The notes below the pieces were generated by a model. It worked only from the letters and a program-made list of their open reading frames with translations. It did not search any database and was not told the DNA's origin. Of a stretch of DNA of 44,246 nt, positions 44,226 through 44,246 are shown one piece after another. The translations under genes and the position numbers were made by a program. The DNA is from a virus (taxonomy: Duplodnaviria > Caudoviricetes). The stretch is from IMG/VR virus record IMGVR_UViG_3300037470_000544, positions 1 through 44,246 of that record. The stretch is one strand, 5' to 3'. How positions within the stretch are numbered: position 1 is the stretch's first letter; each line of letters starts with the position of its first letter.

Positions 44226-44246
44226 GACAAAAATCTAAATCAGTAT

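Noticed and set aside
43953-44230. ORFs spanning the right prophage junction
   Set aside because: They cross the att end into the host repeat and are low-complexity translations

Overview
Gammaproteobacterial host DNA at 1-5055 carries petB (3' part), petC, sspA, sspB, a convergent rsgA-family GTPase with a putative leader peptide, and a nested intergenic repeat array. It is interrupted by an apparently complete 39,033-bp Mu-like transposable prophage with a contractile tail (5056-44088). The prophage has TG...CA termini, a CTTGG 5-bp target duplication and GAAATGAGAYA-type end repeats, and it splits a host repeat whose two halves rejoin across it. Its layout is not Mu-collinear: the repressor/ner/transposase module is central and two late arms diverge from it. 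Protease-capsid-tail-methylase runs leftwards; lysis-terminase-portal-gpF runs rightwards. Each arm starts 34 bp after an identical 26-bp palindrome plus T-tract. Main points of interest: (1) a candidate multi-stem antisense RNA overlapping the stop codon of gpF; (2) a head-tail adaptor (Mu gp36-like) fused to a ~650-aa N-terminal domain; (3) twin activator-type promoters that predict leaderless mRNAs; (4) a candidate antisense sRNA in the methylase leader; (5) a Mu-type GGGGGCGA -2 frameshift site; (6) several envelope-targeted accessory genes. All family assignments come from motif recognition and synteny, not from database searches.
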